DNA of 64,000 nucleotides from Eledone cirrhosa (lineage: Eukaryota). Positions within the stretch are counted from its first letter, which is position 1, and each line of letters opens with the position of its first letter. Location: assembly GCA_964016885.1 (NCBI GenBank), contig OZ024763.1:21948001-22012000 (forward strand), in the 5' to 3' direction. The translations under genes were made by a program, and so were the position numbers. Of this stretch, positions 26,041 through 38,331 are shown in pieces. The notes beneath the pieces are model-generated. The model was not told where the DNA came from. It saw only the letters and a program-made list of their open reading frames with translations, and did not search any database.

Positions 26041-26699
26041 CATCACTGAAGACATGTAGACACAGTCTCCATTGATCTATTGTGACCTGTTATTGATGAA
26101 ATTATTGATATGGAACTATTGTTATAAAATGTCTAATCTTTACTTCCTAACACACATTATTTATTTAATCATATATTTATATTTAATGAGATAATACAAG
26201 CTCTATCGGTATCTAGCGTTAAGGGATTATTTTCAAATTATCAGTCATTGAAGCGTCACTTCAAACACTCAGGTGTTATCTGTTACAATAAACCCTCAAA
26301 TAAAAAAAAAATGATGAATAGTGAGCCAAAGGTAAATCAAAATGGTGAAGCTTACCTCTTTCATTCCACCAATCAACTGTACTGTTGCTATACACAAGTA
26401 CATGGCTATAGCAGGGTACCCCTCTATTCCTTCCACCAATCAACTGTTACTATACACAAGAACATGGCTAAACCAGGGCGCCCCTTCCATCCATTAACTG
26501 TTACAATATTCAAGTATATGACTCTAACAGGGCACCCCCTCCCTTTCTTTCCATCTATTAACTATTGCTATCCTCAAGTACATGGCTATATCAGAATTTG
26601 AACTCAGAACATAAAGGGTTGTCACTCTATGCCACAAAGCATGGCGTCTGACACCCAACCGATACTACCAATACACTGTGCCTCTTTCTTTAAATAATG

Positions 26700-26885
26700 T
26701 TTCTACTTTTGGCACAAGGCCAGCAATTACCCCAGTACATTACTGGTACTTTATTTTATCGACCCCGTAAGGATGAAAGGTAAAGTTAACCTCGGCGGGA
26801 TTTGAACACAGACCATAAAGGGCCAGAACTCTTTGCTGCAAAGCATGCCGTTCGGCCCTCTACCGATACTGCCAATCCTCTGCCA
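26700..26885 (-). mobile_element. SINE family 1
   Basis: Reverse-complement match; a partial copy lies just upstream. Confidence 0.8.
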
Positions 26886-26940
26886 TCCTACTTAAAATAA
26901 TAATAATAATAATAATGATTATTATATTTTTTTTCTTCAG

Positions 26941-27292
26941 ATGAGTTATCATCCCACCAAGGGGAGAGCCCCCTGTTAGATGGGGAACGGATACCTTCCG
27001 ATGACGAACTGAAGGTGCATGAGAAACGAACAATTGTGGGCGAAGATGGCAGCGAAGAAGCGAAAAAACACATGGTTACTTTAGCCCGTCAAATTATTGA
27101 TGCCATGCCTGAACGAATAAAATCATCGCCGAGTCGAGATGATACTACTGCTGAAACAGAGCAAATATGTCGCGAGCGCAGCAGCTCTCATAGCTCCCTA
27201 GCCTCACAGAACTCTCCAATTGCATCATCTTACGGGGAAGATTCTGGAATTTCTACCCCACTTGGTGATGGTCTTTCATTTGAAGATTATCG
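26941..27292 (+). CDS. CAMTA: CAMTA exon
   Basis: cttcag| ...HMVTLARQIIDAMPERIK... (conserved TLA..II.A.P.RIK block) |gtaagt; phase 1 to 2. Confidence 0.92.
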
Positions 27293-27463
27293 GTAAGTCA
27301 GTTCTCTTCTTAACTCTTTCGAATTATGGTGGGGGTTTTTTTCTAGAAACTTCTAAGTTACAATGGGACATAAATACTGTTGAAAAAGGTAATGTAAGCG
27401 TAGACATAGATTCTCTTGTGACACTAAACTCTGCCAGTTGCAGACTACGCATGATATCTCTCT

Positions 27464-27700
27464 CTACAAAGTTTGATCACCAGCAGCAGGGTTCAAAGAG
27501 CAAAGATCAAGTCCAGTCCATGAATTAACATTGTCAAGCCATCGTTTTGACTGCCGGCCTCTGCTTCTCTTACCAGCCAACCTTCCTTCCAGGCATAACC
27601 TACTCACACTGCGAGTTGATCTTTTTATATGGCCGTATAGTTTGAGTACTCTTGACTCGACAATTGATGTAATTGGTCTAAGTTTGGTAATGTTGATACA
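27464..27700 (-). mobile_element. RTE LINE 3' fragment
   Basis: LKLYGHIKR...LEGRLAGKRSRGRQSKRWLD. Confidence 0.8.
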
Positions 27701-27734
27701 CATACATATATACTTGATATAGTAGGAAAAGAGT

Positions 27735-27769
27735 CTTAATGTTTCGGATGCTAGTCCTTCATCAGAAAA
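27735..27769 (-). ncRNA. Degenerate hammerhead motif, solitary
   Basis: CUGAUGA a GGA cuagca UCC GAAAC auua; stems I and III are weak. Confidence 0.45.
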
Positions 27770-27916
27770 TAGAATGAGAAATTATGAAATAGTGTTACAT
27801 TTACATAATTGTTTTTTGGTCGTTTTGGAAGCCTCATTGTTTTATTACATAATACATATTTCTGTGACATAATGGTTAGTAATCCTATATAAATGACTTT
27901 CTTCTTTTAATTTCAG

Positions 27917-28095
27917 TTATAATGATCTGGGTACTCCTGCCTCATCAGTCAGTCCAGACTCAACCTGTCTGCCCAGTCCTTATAGTCCATATTTCCAGAT
28001 AGATTCTCCACCACCTACAACTGCTGATTTTACAGAGTACTTCAATGCCCCAGCAACATACATGGAGAAGGACTTCTCTCAGCTAACATTATCAG
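27917..28095 (+). CDS. CAMTA: CAMTA exon
   Basis: tttcag| YNDLGTPASS...PPPTTADFTEYFNAPATYMEKDFSQLTLS |gtagg; phase 2 to 1. Confidence 0.92.
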
Positions 28096-29258
28096 GTAGG
28101 TTTACGTATAAATTTAGTGTCATAGTGACTTATAGATTGTGTTGATCAATTATTGCAGTCTCAGCTAACATTATCAGGTGGGTTTATGTATATGTATTTA
28201 GTGTCATAGTGACTTATAGATCCAGGTGTGGCTTAGTGACATATAGATTGTGTTGTTCAGTTATTGCAGTCTCAGCTAACATTATCAGGTAGGTTTATGT
28301 TCAATTCCTGGTCTGGGTTGTGTGGTGTGTTCTTGAGCAAAACACTTCATTTCACGTTGCTCCAGTATACTCAACTAAAAATGAGTAACAGCAATAGCTG
28401 GGAGTTTAACTCTGTGATGGACTAGCGTCCTGTCCAGGGGGAGTATTCTACTCTCAGAGCTTAACACCATGGAAACTGGGGTAAGCACCGGCCTGATGAG
28501 CCTCTGGGCTTGAGACAGGCTTTAGACTTTTCGACTTACGTACTGGTACCATGTAACCCTGTACAACCTGCTTCATGGTCGAGTAGTCAGTGACTAAACT
28601 GGTTCCCCCACTAAACTCTGGTTTGGTCAGGTCAGGCTCCAGTCTACTACTGGTACCATGTAACCCTGTACAACCTGCTTCATGGTCGAGTAGTCAGTGA
28701 CTAAACTGGTTCCCCCACTAAACTCTGGTTTGGTCAGGTCAGGCTCCAGTCTACTACTGGTACCATGTAACCCTGTACAACCTGCTTCATGGTTGAGTGG
28801 TCGGTAACTAAACCAGCTCCCCACACCAGAGCCTGGTCCAGTGAGGAGGGTAAGTGGAACCCCCAGCAGCACAAAAAAAAAACTAGAGATATTAAAAGAG
28901 GAGGATGAATTCCTCTGAATCAATAGCCATCCACCCCAACTATGGTTAAATTGCCTCACCAACCTGAAATTGGCCAACCATGGTGAGTACGGTTACACCC
29001 CTGACATGACCTGAACCAAACAGAAAATGCTGGAGGTCAATCAAAGAGGGGTTCCGCCAACATGTGTGAGAAGGTCCTGGATGGGATTATGTATACAGAT
29101 AGTGACATAGGGATGTATAGATCCTAGTAATCACATACAGATAGTAGTTTAGTGACATATAGACCTTGGTAATCAGTTATAGCTAGTGTCCTAGTGACAT
29201 ATATATTTGTAGTTTTGTTCCTTATTCTATGTTCTGTGTTTTGTTCTGTTCTGTACAG

Positions 29259-29407
29259 ATCAGGAGCAACGAAAGCTGTACGAAGCGGCCAAAGTGATTC
29301 AAAATGCATATCGACAATACAGAGATAAGCAGCAGTTGTTGCAGCAGAGGCAAAAAGAAATAGAAGCAGCCATCCTCATCCAAAGTTACTACCGCCGATA
29401 TAAGCAG
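29259..29407 (+). CDS. CAMTA: CAMTA exon, IQ motifs 1-2
   Basis: tacag| [21 protein letters not shown]...[14 protein letters not shown] |gtttgt; phase 1 to 0. Confidence 0.95.
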
Positions 29408-29481
29408 GTTTGTCAACACTCTCACTCTGTATATATGTATATAATCTATCTAGTTTTCTGTCTATCTATCTATCTATCTAT

Positions 29482-29946
29482 CGCAGCAAGTGCGACGACG
29501 CTCTCGGAGAAACTCTAGGCATGGAGGAAGACGAACTGGCCAGTCTGTTCGGTAGGACCTTCCGCCCGGGACCGATGGACAACTTCCAAAAGTCCCTGGC
29601 CTGGCAATGCTACCGAGGAGCTCTACGAGTTTGAGACAAGCTCTACAGACATGGGCGCCCGGGCAGGGACCCTTCGAAAAAGATCTGTCCAAGATGCGTG
29701 CGAGACGAAGAAACCATCGCGCATGCATTCATACACTGCCCGGGTGTCACTGACCTGTGGGGCTATGTAGAATGACTATTGTTGCGAGTGCGACCAATCT
29801 GGTTGACCACCGAGTCCATTGTCATGATCAAACGGCCACCCTCCTTCAAAAACTATGGCGAAAGAGGTTGTATGGTGGACGAGGTTAAAAGGCCTGGGGT
29901 CAGACACCTTTCTCTCTGGCGAACAACTGATTCTTTTTTTCAAATA
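29482..29946 (+). mobile_element. Internal fragment of the Tx1 LINE (matches 37711-38207) after (TCTA)n
   Basis: [12 protein letters not shown]...QKSLAWQCYRGAL; scattered substitutions and one ~30-bp deletion. Confidence 0.9.
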
Positions 29947-29959
29947 TCACTTCAGTATG

Positions 29960-29996
<37 letters not shown>

Positions 29997-30471
29997 CATA
30001 TATATATAATCTTGGTATGTTTATATACATTTTTTTCTTCTAACTTTAATTTTATACCTAATTGTGTATGGTTGACGATATATTTAATCGATTTCCACGT
30101 GCTATTGAAATGCTGGGTAAATATTCTATAGCTGTTGATCGTGAATAGATGGCTGTCGTTTATTTATCTATTATTTCTTCATAGGTGCCTTTTAATCTTA
30201 TAGCCTGGTTTAATTGGTTGTTTGTGTGGTTGATTATGCAGATTGGGAGAGGAGATGGTGTATATATTTTATCAAATGATTCTATGGACATACCTTATTA
30301 TATATATATATAGAGAGAGAGCTATTTATCTTACTGGTAATAAGATAGTAATTAATGACTATCTTTCACTATTTAAGGTTTGTATAAAAAATATATTACC
30401 ATAAAAGGTTTTATTACATACATAACCATAAAGAGTATCCTTAATACTATATATATATATATATATATATA

Positions 30472-30664
30472 TAATGAAGGAATTGTGGTAAGGAACCAGA
30501 TGGACCATAACGCACCAGAGTACTCAATACTTAGGGTAGTAGAGTGGGTAATAGAAAAAGGTATGACCCCGACGGCAGAGCTCAAGCCGTTTCGACGGCT
30601 ATTTCTGGACACGAAATAGCTGTCGAAACAGCTTGAGCTCTGCCGTCGGGGTCATACCTTTTCC

Positions 30665-30665
<1 letters not shown>
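30472..30665. mobile_element. Penelope-like fold-back remnant (~50-bp arms, 7-nt loop) retaining only the 3' half of an HHR; relative at 49923-50025
   Basis: aaaaggtatgacccc...gctatttc tggacac gaaatagc...ggggtcataccttt, in (TA)n. Confidence 0.55.
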
Positions 30666-30695
<30 letters not shown>

Positions 30696-30728
30696 TATAT
30701 ATGGCAGTCAACTATCTCACTTAGTATG

Positions 30729-30774
<46 letters not shown>

Positions 30775-30807
30775 TATATATGGCAGTCAACTATCTCACT
30801 TAGTATG

Positions 30808-30857
<50 letters not shown>

Positions 30858-30887
30858 ATATATGTATATATATATATATCTATCTAT

Positions 30888-31247
30888 CTAAGGCGGGTAA
30901 AATTCCCGAGATCCATGGACGAGTTCTCTCCAGCGGTCTCTGTCCCTCATTATCGCTGCCATATCCTGCATCTCCATCAGACCAGTATCTGTCCTTAGGG
31001 CATCAACATACGTTAACCTTGGTCTTCCTCTTCTAGTGTGTCCATGTAGGGGCTCCCAAAGGAGCACTGAGTGCAATGTCAACTCTGGATGTCGGTGAGC
31101 ATGTCCAGCCAACCTCAGTCTCCTCTGTGTCACTTTTGAGCTGACTTTTGGGATGCTCCCATACAGCTCTGAGTTTTTCATCCTCAGTGTATACTGATTA
31201 ATGTTCAGAGCCATCCTCAGCATTCTCGTGTAGCACCCATCCACCAT
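30888..31247 (-). mobile_element. RTE LINE 3' fragment
   Basis: DGCYTRMLRMAL...RRLRLAGHAHRHPE...RGRPRLTYVD. Confidence 0.85.
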
Positions 31248-31376
31248 CTATATATAGTGGTAGAACACTGGAAGGTAATATCCGTAGTGGTAGAGCACTC
31301 AGTCCACGGGACGAGTTAGGTAGAAGTGGTTACACAACAATTGTTTCACCTTAGCAGATCCTCAGCTCGTAATAGT

Positions 31377-31412
31377 GAGCTGAGGATCCGCTAAGGTGAA
31401 ACAATGGTTCTC
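31377..31412 (+). ncRNA. Hammerhead-like motif forming the right arm of a 28-bp hairpin (left arm 31341-31368)
   Basis: gag CUGAGGA ucc gcuaa ggu GAAAC aaug GUU cuc. Confidence 0.55.
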
Positions 31413-31440
31413 GGTATAGTGAACTAACTGTTGTGTAACC

Positions 31441-31474
<34 letters not shown>

Positions 31475-31898
31475 AATGAGTTATATATATATATTTATAT
31501 TTATTTATATATATATGTACACACACTTATATTTCACTCTCTCTGTCCCTATGCCATACTAAGAGTGAGAAATGAAATTTCGTTTTCATTTTGTTTCAAT
31601 TTATATTTATTTATATATATATGTACACACACTTATATTTCGCTCTCTCTGTCCCTCTTCAGTATGCATACTTCATGATGATGATGATATATAAACAACG
31701 AGTTATATATATATATTTATATTTATTTATATATATATGTACACACACTTATATTTCACTCTCTCTGTCCCTCTTCAGTATGCATACTTCATGATGATGA
31801 TGATATATAAACAATGAGTTATATATATATATTTATATTTATTTATATATATATATATGTACACACACTTATATTTCGCTCTCTCTGTCCCTCTTCAG

Positions 31899-32095
31899 TA
31901 TGCATACTTCAAGAAAATGACACAAGCGGCTGTACTAATCCAAAGTCAGTTCCGCAGTTACTATGCACAGAAGCGGTACAAGAAGTCGCGGAATGAGACG
32001 GATGCATCCCTTCAAAATCAGTATCGCAGCTACAAAGAACCAGAGCGTCTTAAGAAGAGCCGTAATACATCTGTCATCATTCAACAAAGATTTAG
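31899..32095 (+). CDS. CAMTA: CAMTA exon 11, IQ motifs
   Basis: cttcag| YAYFKKMTQAAVLIQSQFRSYYAQKRYKKSR...SVIIQQRF(R) |gtaagt; phase 0 to 2. Confidence 0.95.
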
Positions 32096-32160
32096 GTAAG
32101 TTTGTAATATTTTTCATTGTCTTACTGTTTTATGTAGAACCAGTGTACTCGGGTATTGGT

Positions 32161-32595
32161 GGAGGCATGTGGCCCAGCGGTAAGGGTGTTGGACTTACGA
32201 TCATAATGTCGTGGGTTCAATTCCTGCGCTGGGTTGTGTTCTTGAGCAAAAAACAGGAATAGCTGGGATTTTAACCCTGTGATTGACAGGTGTCCTGTCA
32301 CTCCATGCCACATAAAATGAGGTTACCCTTTCATTTCCATATTTCTGTGGAGGCATGTGGCCTAGTGGTAACGGTTTGGACTTATGATCATAATGTTGTG
32401 TGTTTGATTCCTGGACTGGGTTGTGTGTTGTGTTCTTGAGCAAAAAACACTTCATTTCATGTTGCCCCAGTGTACTCAGCTGAAAATGAGTACCAGTAAT
32501 AGCTGGGGGGTTTAAACCTGTGATGGACTGGTGTCCTGTCTAGAGGTGTGTCTTGTACTTTGTCATTTCATGCCACATAAACCAAGATAACCCTT
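32161..32595 (+). mobile_element. Two tRNA-head CORE/V-like SINE copies
   Basis: ggaggcatgtggcc(c/t)ag.ggtaa...gtgttcttgagcaa; a similar copy lies at about 28300-28530. Confidence 0.75.
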
Positions 32596-32671
32596 TTGTT
32601 TCTATAATTCTTTTTATCATTCTAAATCACACACACACACACATACTCACTCTCTCTTTCTCTTTCTATCT

Positions 32672-32718
<47 letters not shown>

Positions 32719-33582
32719 ACTCACTCTCTCTCTATCTATCTATCTCTCTATCTATATCTCTCTACCAGAAGTGTGTAACTTCGCGGAGAAGTTTCCGTTA
32801 ATTTATGTAAGAAAAAAACGTGAGTTTTCAGTTAAATTTTATATTATTGTGTAACTTGACCCCCCCGTCTGGACCTTCAGGTGGTGGGTCAACTCATTTT
32901 CGCCCCTACAGGGGCCAAATATTCGTTTGAAACATTTTTTCTCCATCGAATTTTTGAAAAAATATATAAGAAGTTTGATTACGTTATGAACGCTGCGTTC
33001 AACGATAATGGTGGTGGAGAGTCGGTAAGACTACAGAGCTCGCAGTCAACATCGTCTTCTTCCCTAGATACTATGGAGATGGAAAGACGAAATGAAAATG
33101 TAAAAACAAATTCATATCCAAACAACACAAATGACAACAAAAATAACACCACCAATAATGATGATAAAAACAACAATGACAACAACAACAACAAAGAAAA
33201 AATAAAGACAACACCAATAACACCAGCATTAAAGACAACAACAACACCAACACGAACACCAAGGAAAATACGAATAATATCAACATCAGTGACAACAACA
33301 ATAACAACAACAATAACAACAATAATGACAACACCACCAACATGGATAATTCCACAAAGAAACCAAAAATCTCCTTTGCACAGACAGTTCAAAAAAAGGA
33401 GGAACTGACATATCTCGACATAACAAATGCCGAACAACTTTTAAAGGACGCTAGGAGATATGTCACTTTCGAAAAAAAATGGTGCTTTCAGCATCAATTC
33501 TCCGGTAGAAATTCGCAAGGAAACTGCTCTCAAAACGATAGTTTTTAGGACAGTTTCCAATTCTACCTGAAAACCAGTCCAA

Positions 33583-34878
33583 TTGTCACAGAAAGAAATT
33601 GAACTGGTTTTCAAAAATTCAATGAATGATATTGCATTCATTCAAAGAAACAAACTTTTTGGGAGTATTTCGGTACTCATGAAGGATCAATTGACGGCCC
33701 AAAACTACTCTGTGTCGCCAATTGTATCCAACCTGTATACCTTTTTCCCTACATACATGGGAAAAAGGACACAGAAGATTAAAATCACGAGTGTCACACC
33801 AAAGGTGAACATATGGTGGATACTGTGCGGCTTCATCAATTTTGATGAAGACAGAATACTGTCAGTAGGAAAGTCCCCCAGAGATGTATTCAATGGGACT
33901 AGCATTGAAGTTCTGGTGCAAATGAGCCCAGAGCGAATAGCTATGATCCCACAGTGTGTACTCCTGGATGGACTCACCTACATAAACTTTTTGGTTGAGG
34001 GTAGGCGGCCTTCATGTTACCATTGCTTTAGCAGGGGTCACCTGAGGGCTTCCTGTCCTAAATTAATGAGTCAAAAAAAGGCTCTTCTGCCGACACCCAT
34101 CAAAACAACACAACCACCAACACCACCACAACAACAACAACACCAACACACAAAAGTAACCACAACAAACACAGTCCCACCCAACCCCACTCCACCTAAA
34201 ACCACTGCAAAATCACATACAGACACAACAGCTCCCCAAGACATACCCCTCCCCAATCACACAGACGATACAACAGATGAGGCTATCTCACCATCACCCA
34301 GTGAAGACGAGGGAGAACCCCATCGCTCAAAAAGAAAGAAGAAAAGACATCACAAAAGCAAAAAACCAGCAAACACTACCACAAACATACAACCACCAAC
34401 ACAAACAACAAAAACATCACAAACAAAACCCCCACCTCCTGAAAACAAAATACCTACAACAAAACGAAAGCACACACAAGAACTACAGACAAAAACAAAC
34501 ACAACACAAGAAAATTACACTTACACTTACATAAACACTGAAAACAAAACACTAATGGAGACCATCACGAACGACCCTTCGGTGAAAACCGAAGGGAAAA
34601 CTTTCGCCCACTCTATTAAAAATAACAAAAAACTGAACCTAAAACTGATTAGGGTCCCTATACAAACTTATAGGTCCCTAAAAGAAACATTTGAAAAGGA
34701 TGTGGGGAATTCCTGCATGAAACCACTTAACCGCGTCCTTCTCAAATGTCTCCCCACCCCAGTCACCCCCATCCCACCAGACCCCACCCCGCCGGAAACC
34801 ACCACCCACCCAGACAACCCCTCCAACACCCCCATGGAAATCGTGCAGCCTGGTCCCCAGGAGACGAAGGGTGAGTGA
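33583..34878 (+). CDS. Tx1 ORF1 (gag-like); upstream part frameshifted
   Basis: VEGRRPSCYHCFSRGHLRASCP (CX2CX4HX4C). Confidence 0.8.
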   Translation: MSQKEIELVFKNSMNDIAFIQRNKLFGSISVLMKDQLTAQNYSVSPIVSNLYTFFPTYMGKRTQKIKITSVTPKVNIWWILCGFINFDEDRILSVGKSPRDVFNGTSIEVLVQMSPERIAMIPQCVLLDGLTYINFLVEGRRPSCYHCFSRGHLRASCPKLMSQKKALLPTPIKTTQPPTPPQQQQHQHTKVTTTNTVPPNPTPPKTTAKSHTDTTAPQDIPLPNHTDDTTDEAISPSPSEDEGEPHRSKRKKKRHHKSKKPANTTTNIQPPTQTTKTSQTKPPPPENKIPTTKRKHTQELQTKTNTTQENYTYTYINTENKTLMETITNDPSVKTEGKTFAHSIKNNKKLNLKLIRVPIQTYRSLKETFEKDVGNSCMKPLNRVLLKCLPTPVTPIPPDPTPPETTTHPDNPSNTPMEIVQPGPQETKGE

Positions 34879-34911
34879 TCTCTTTTCCTCTTTTAACTTT
34901 TCAGCACCAAC

Positions 34912-37900
34912 ATGGCCAATATAAGAGTTGGATGTGTGAACGTACGTGGCCTGGAGATGCCCTGGAAACAGGGCAAACTCTTAAACGACCTCAGGTCGCA
35001 CAGTATGGATGTGGTAGCCATTTGCGAGTCCAGGATCCACAGGGAGCGACAGCTGGCCCCCATCTTCGATGAGTTTGAGATCTACGCATCTCTCTGTCAA
35101 CCGGGGGGTGGGGGTAGAGTTGCCGTTTTGCTGCGGAAACACCTGGGCCTCGTAACACAGACGGTACATCTGGACCCGGAGGGTCGACTGGTGGTCCTAG
35201 ACGTTGACGGTAGTGAAGGTGGATCCTTCAGGCTGGTGGCTGCATATGCCCCATCCGGGACACCGCGGCCAGACTTCTTCAAACGTCTAGAGACTTTTCT
35301 GGGAACGTCCCGCTCCTTGCTTTTAGTGGGGGACTGGAATGGAATCCTAGATGTACGTTGGGACTATGTGGGAGCATGTCCTGATAAAGGGGGGTGTAAC
35401 AGCCTCAAACAGTTAATCGACCATTTTGACCTGGCCGATAGATATCGACTAGATTTTCCGACTGTGTCACTGTGGACGTGGACTAATCGCAGCGGAACAT
35501 CTAGATCGTACCTAGATAGGGTTCTAGTTAGAAATAAGGATAGGGACATGTTAAGCTGTCCACAAATGTTCATGGTTCCCTATTCAGATCACAAACTAGT
35601 GACATGCATGGCCAACCTTGATAGAACCCATAGACAAGGACCCGGCTACTGGAAGCTGAACTTGTCGTTACTGACAAGCAAAGCCTACAGTAGACGGATT
35701 AGCACTTTAGTTAAACAGCACTTGACAGGGGCCATTGTCAACAACAGATGGTGGTACTCTCTCAAGAGGGCAGTTAGATTAGACTCGTTAGTTTTTAGTA
35801 AAGAATTAGCATTAGATAGAAATAGAACCGAGAAGGAACTGGTAGATAAAGTAGAAGAGGCAATTAGAAGTGGCAACGTAGCTAGCGTTCTAGCAACGAG
35901 AACGGCTTTGGACCAGTTCTTCGATGCAAAGCACGAGGGCTGCGTTGTCAGAAGCAAAATACGTGCTCTGGGAAACGAGGGAGCCAAAGCTGTTAGCTGG
36001 GCCCGAGTGACGGAGGCAAAAAGTGGCAACAAGTCCACGATTCGGTCTTTGAAGGACCAAAACGGACGCATGATACGTGAGCCGAAGCAGATGTGTGCGG
36101 CCTGTCAGCGGCACTTTGTTCAACTGTTCGGGCGGGGCGGCGCGCCGGGAGGGGCTATGGATTTCAGTCCATACCTCGACGGCCTACCGCGACTCTCGGA
36201 CAGTGAGGCAAAGTTCTGCGAAAAGCCGATTTCGGCCGCTGAGATAGGGGACGCGCTGAGCCAATGCGGAAAACGCAAATCTCCAGGTCTCGACGGTCTA
36301 CCCTACGAATTTTACGTAGCAATGCCGGACTTATTCTCCGGTCTCCTGGAAGCGGTCTACTGCAACTGGCAACAGAACGGGAGAATTCCCAGTTCTGTAA
36401 CCAGGGGTGTAGTCACACTAATCAAGAAGGACGAGAATAAGGGGGATGACATAGGCAACTTCCGGCCCATAACTCTGCTAAACACAGAGTTACAGATTTT
36501 GGCCAAGGTGTTGGCAAAGAGGCTGGCGCTTGTCGTCGAGAACCTGGTGGGAGAAACGCAGACATGCACAATCCCAACCAGGTCCATACACGACAACCTC
36601 CACCTCATGTGATACATCATAGAGAGGGTAGGGTGTAAACCCGGCTTTGGTGGGGCCCTGATCAACTTGGACCAGTCTAAGGCTTTCGATAGGCTTGACC
36701 ATTGTTACCTGGATGCGGTGCTCGAGGCGGCAGGCTTTGGACCTGTGTTCAGGGGCTGGATTGCTGCAATGCACAACAGCAACATCTGCTCAAGGGTCAA
36801 GGTGAACGGCTACCTCTCGGAGCCGTTCCATATTACGTGATCCATTCAACAGAGATGCCCTCTCTCCTCCCTTCTGTACGAACTGACTCTCGAGCCACTA
36901 CTGCGGAAGTTGGAGCTATTGCAGGGCATCCCTGCGGAAAGCGGCGTCGGCCTACGCTGACAACGTGACAGTAATGGTGTCGAGCGCCTCGCAAATCGAG
37001 GAAGTCGGCACCTTACTGAAGGAATACGAAAGTTTCACAGGAGCGAAGCTGAACCGGGACAAGTCCATCGGTTTGCAACTCGGATCGTGGAGAGGCAAAC
37101 CGATGCCTTCCGATGGCGCCGTCGGACGCTGGACGGAAGGACCGGTAAAGCTGCTCGGGGTCTGGTTTGGTCCGGACCTCCAGGTGGAGAAGAACTGGAA
37201 CGAAGTGACGACCAAGGTGTTTGCACTCAGAAGTGGGCCGAGTGCAAACTATCCTTGAAAGGTCGAGCGGAGGTGGCGAACACTTTTATAGCGTCCGCCA
37301 TCTACTACCGCTTGACCGTCGTGCCTTGTCCAGCCAAAACGCTCGCCAAAATGGAACGCGCGCTCTTCCAATTCCTTTGGAAGAGGCGGGCTCCTTTGGT
37401 GAGAAGATCCATCTGCTGCCAACACCCTTCTAACGGAGGGCTGGGGATGCCGTGGTTGACGATGCGCAAACATGCGCTCAGGCTGCGGCATCTCTACGTA
37501 TTCCTCACCGGACAACCGGTGTGGGCCCCGTTCGTGAGGCGAGCCTTCCCACGACTCGTCTCGCTGACCGAGCTGCAGTCCTGGGTCAAGCAAAGACTGA
37601 GAAAAATGGACGACTGGCACATCGAATGTGCTCAGGGGCTCACAGCCCTCTGGCAGGCGGACCCGGCGATCAGTGGAGACTCCACTTCGTCATTCTATAG
37701 AGGGTTGATCCGCAGCAAGTGCGACGACGCGCTCGGTGAAACTCTAGGCATAGAGGAAGATGAACTGGCCAGTCTGTTCGGTAGGACCTTCCTCCCGGGA
37801 CCGATGGACAACTTCCAAAAGTCCCTGGCCTGGCAGTGCTACCGAGGAGCTCTACCAGTTCGAGACAAGCTCTACAGACATGGGCGCCCGGGCAGGGACC

Positions 37901-38331
37901 CTGCAAAAAAGATCTGTCCGAGGTGCGTGCGTAACGAAGAAACCGTCGCGCACGCATTCATACACTGCCCGGACGTCACTGACCTGTGGGGTTATGTAGA
38001 ACGACTATTGTCGCGGGTGGGACCAATCCGGTTGACCACCGAGTCCATTGTCATGATCAAACTGCCACCCTCCTTCAAAAACGAAGGAGAGGCGGTTTTC
38101 CTTTGTGTGATAGCTATGGCGAAAGAGGTTGTATGGTGGACAAGGTTGAAAGGGCTGAGGTCAGACACCTTTCTCTCCGGCCAACAACTGGTTCTTTTTT
38201 TCAAATACCACTTTGGAAGAAGAATCAGGATGGAGAAAGAGGTGCTGCACCCCAGCAAGTTTTATGAAAGGTGGGTGAATGTGACGAGGGTGGCCCGAGT
38301 GAATGGGCCTTCTCTCTGTGTCAGCCTGTAG
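34912..38331 (+). pseudogene. Tx1 ORF2: open 566-aa endonuclease portion, then stops and frameshifts in the RT
   Basis: NVRGL, CESR, AYAP, GDWN, YLDR, SDH, GPGYWKLN, KSPGLDG, NFRPITLLN; TGA at 36610 and 36838; YADD decayed to YADN; CPRC..ETVAHAFIHC. Confidence 0.9.

Noticed and set aside
28490-28522. ctgatgagcc-tctg-ggc as a hammerhead
   Set aside because: Lacks GAAA; it is the tail of a SINE.
30060-30300. Minus-strand reading with one stop (MSIESFDKIYTPSPLP...)
   Set aside because: No recognisable motif; possibly decayed transposon sequence, cannot be assigned.
34871-34904. 34-nt intron fusing LINE ORF1 to ORF2
   Set aside because: Excision leaves ORF2 out of frame and the intron would be very short.
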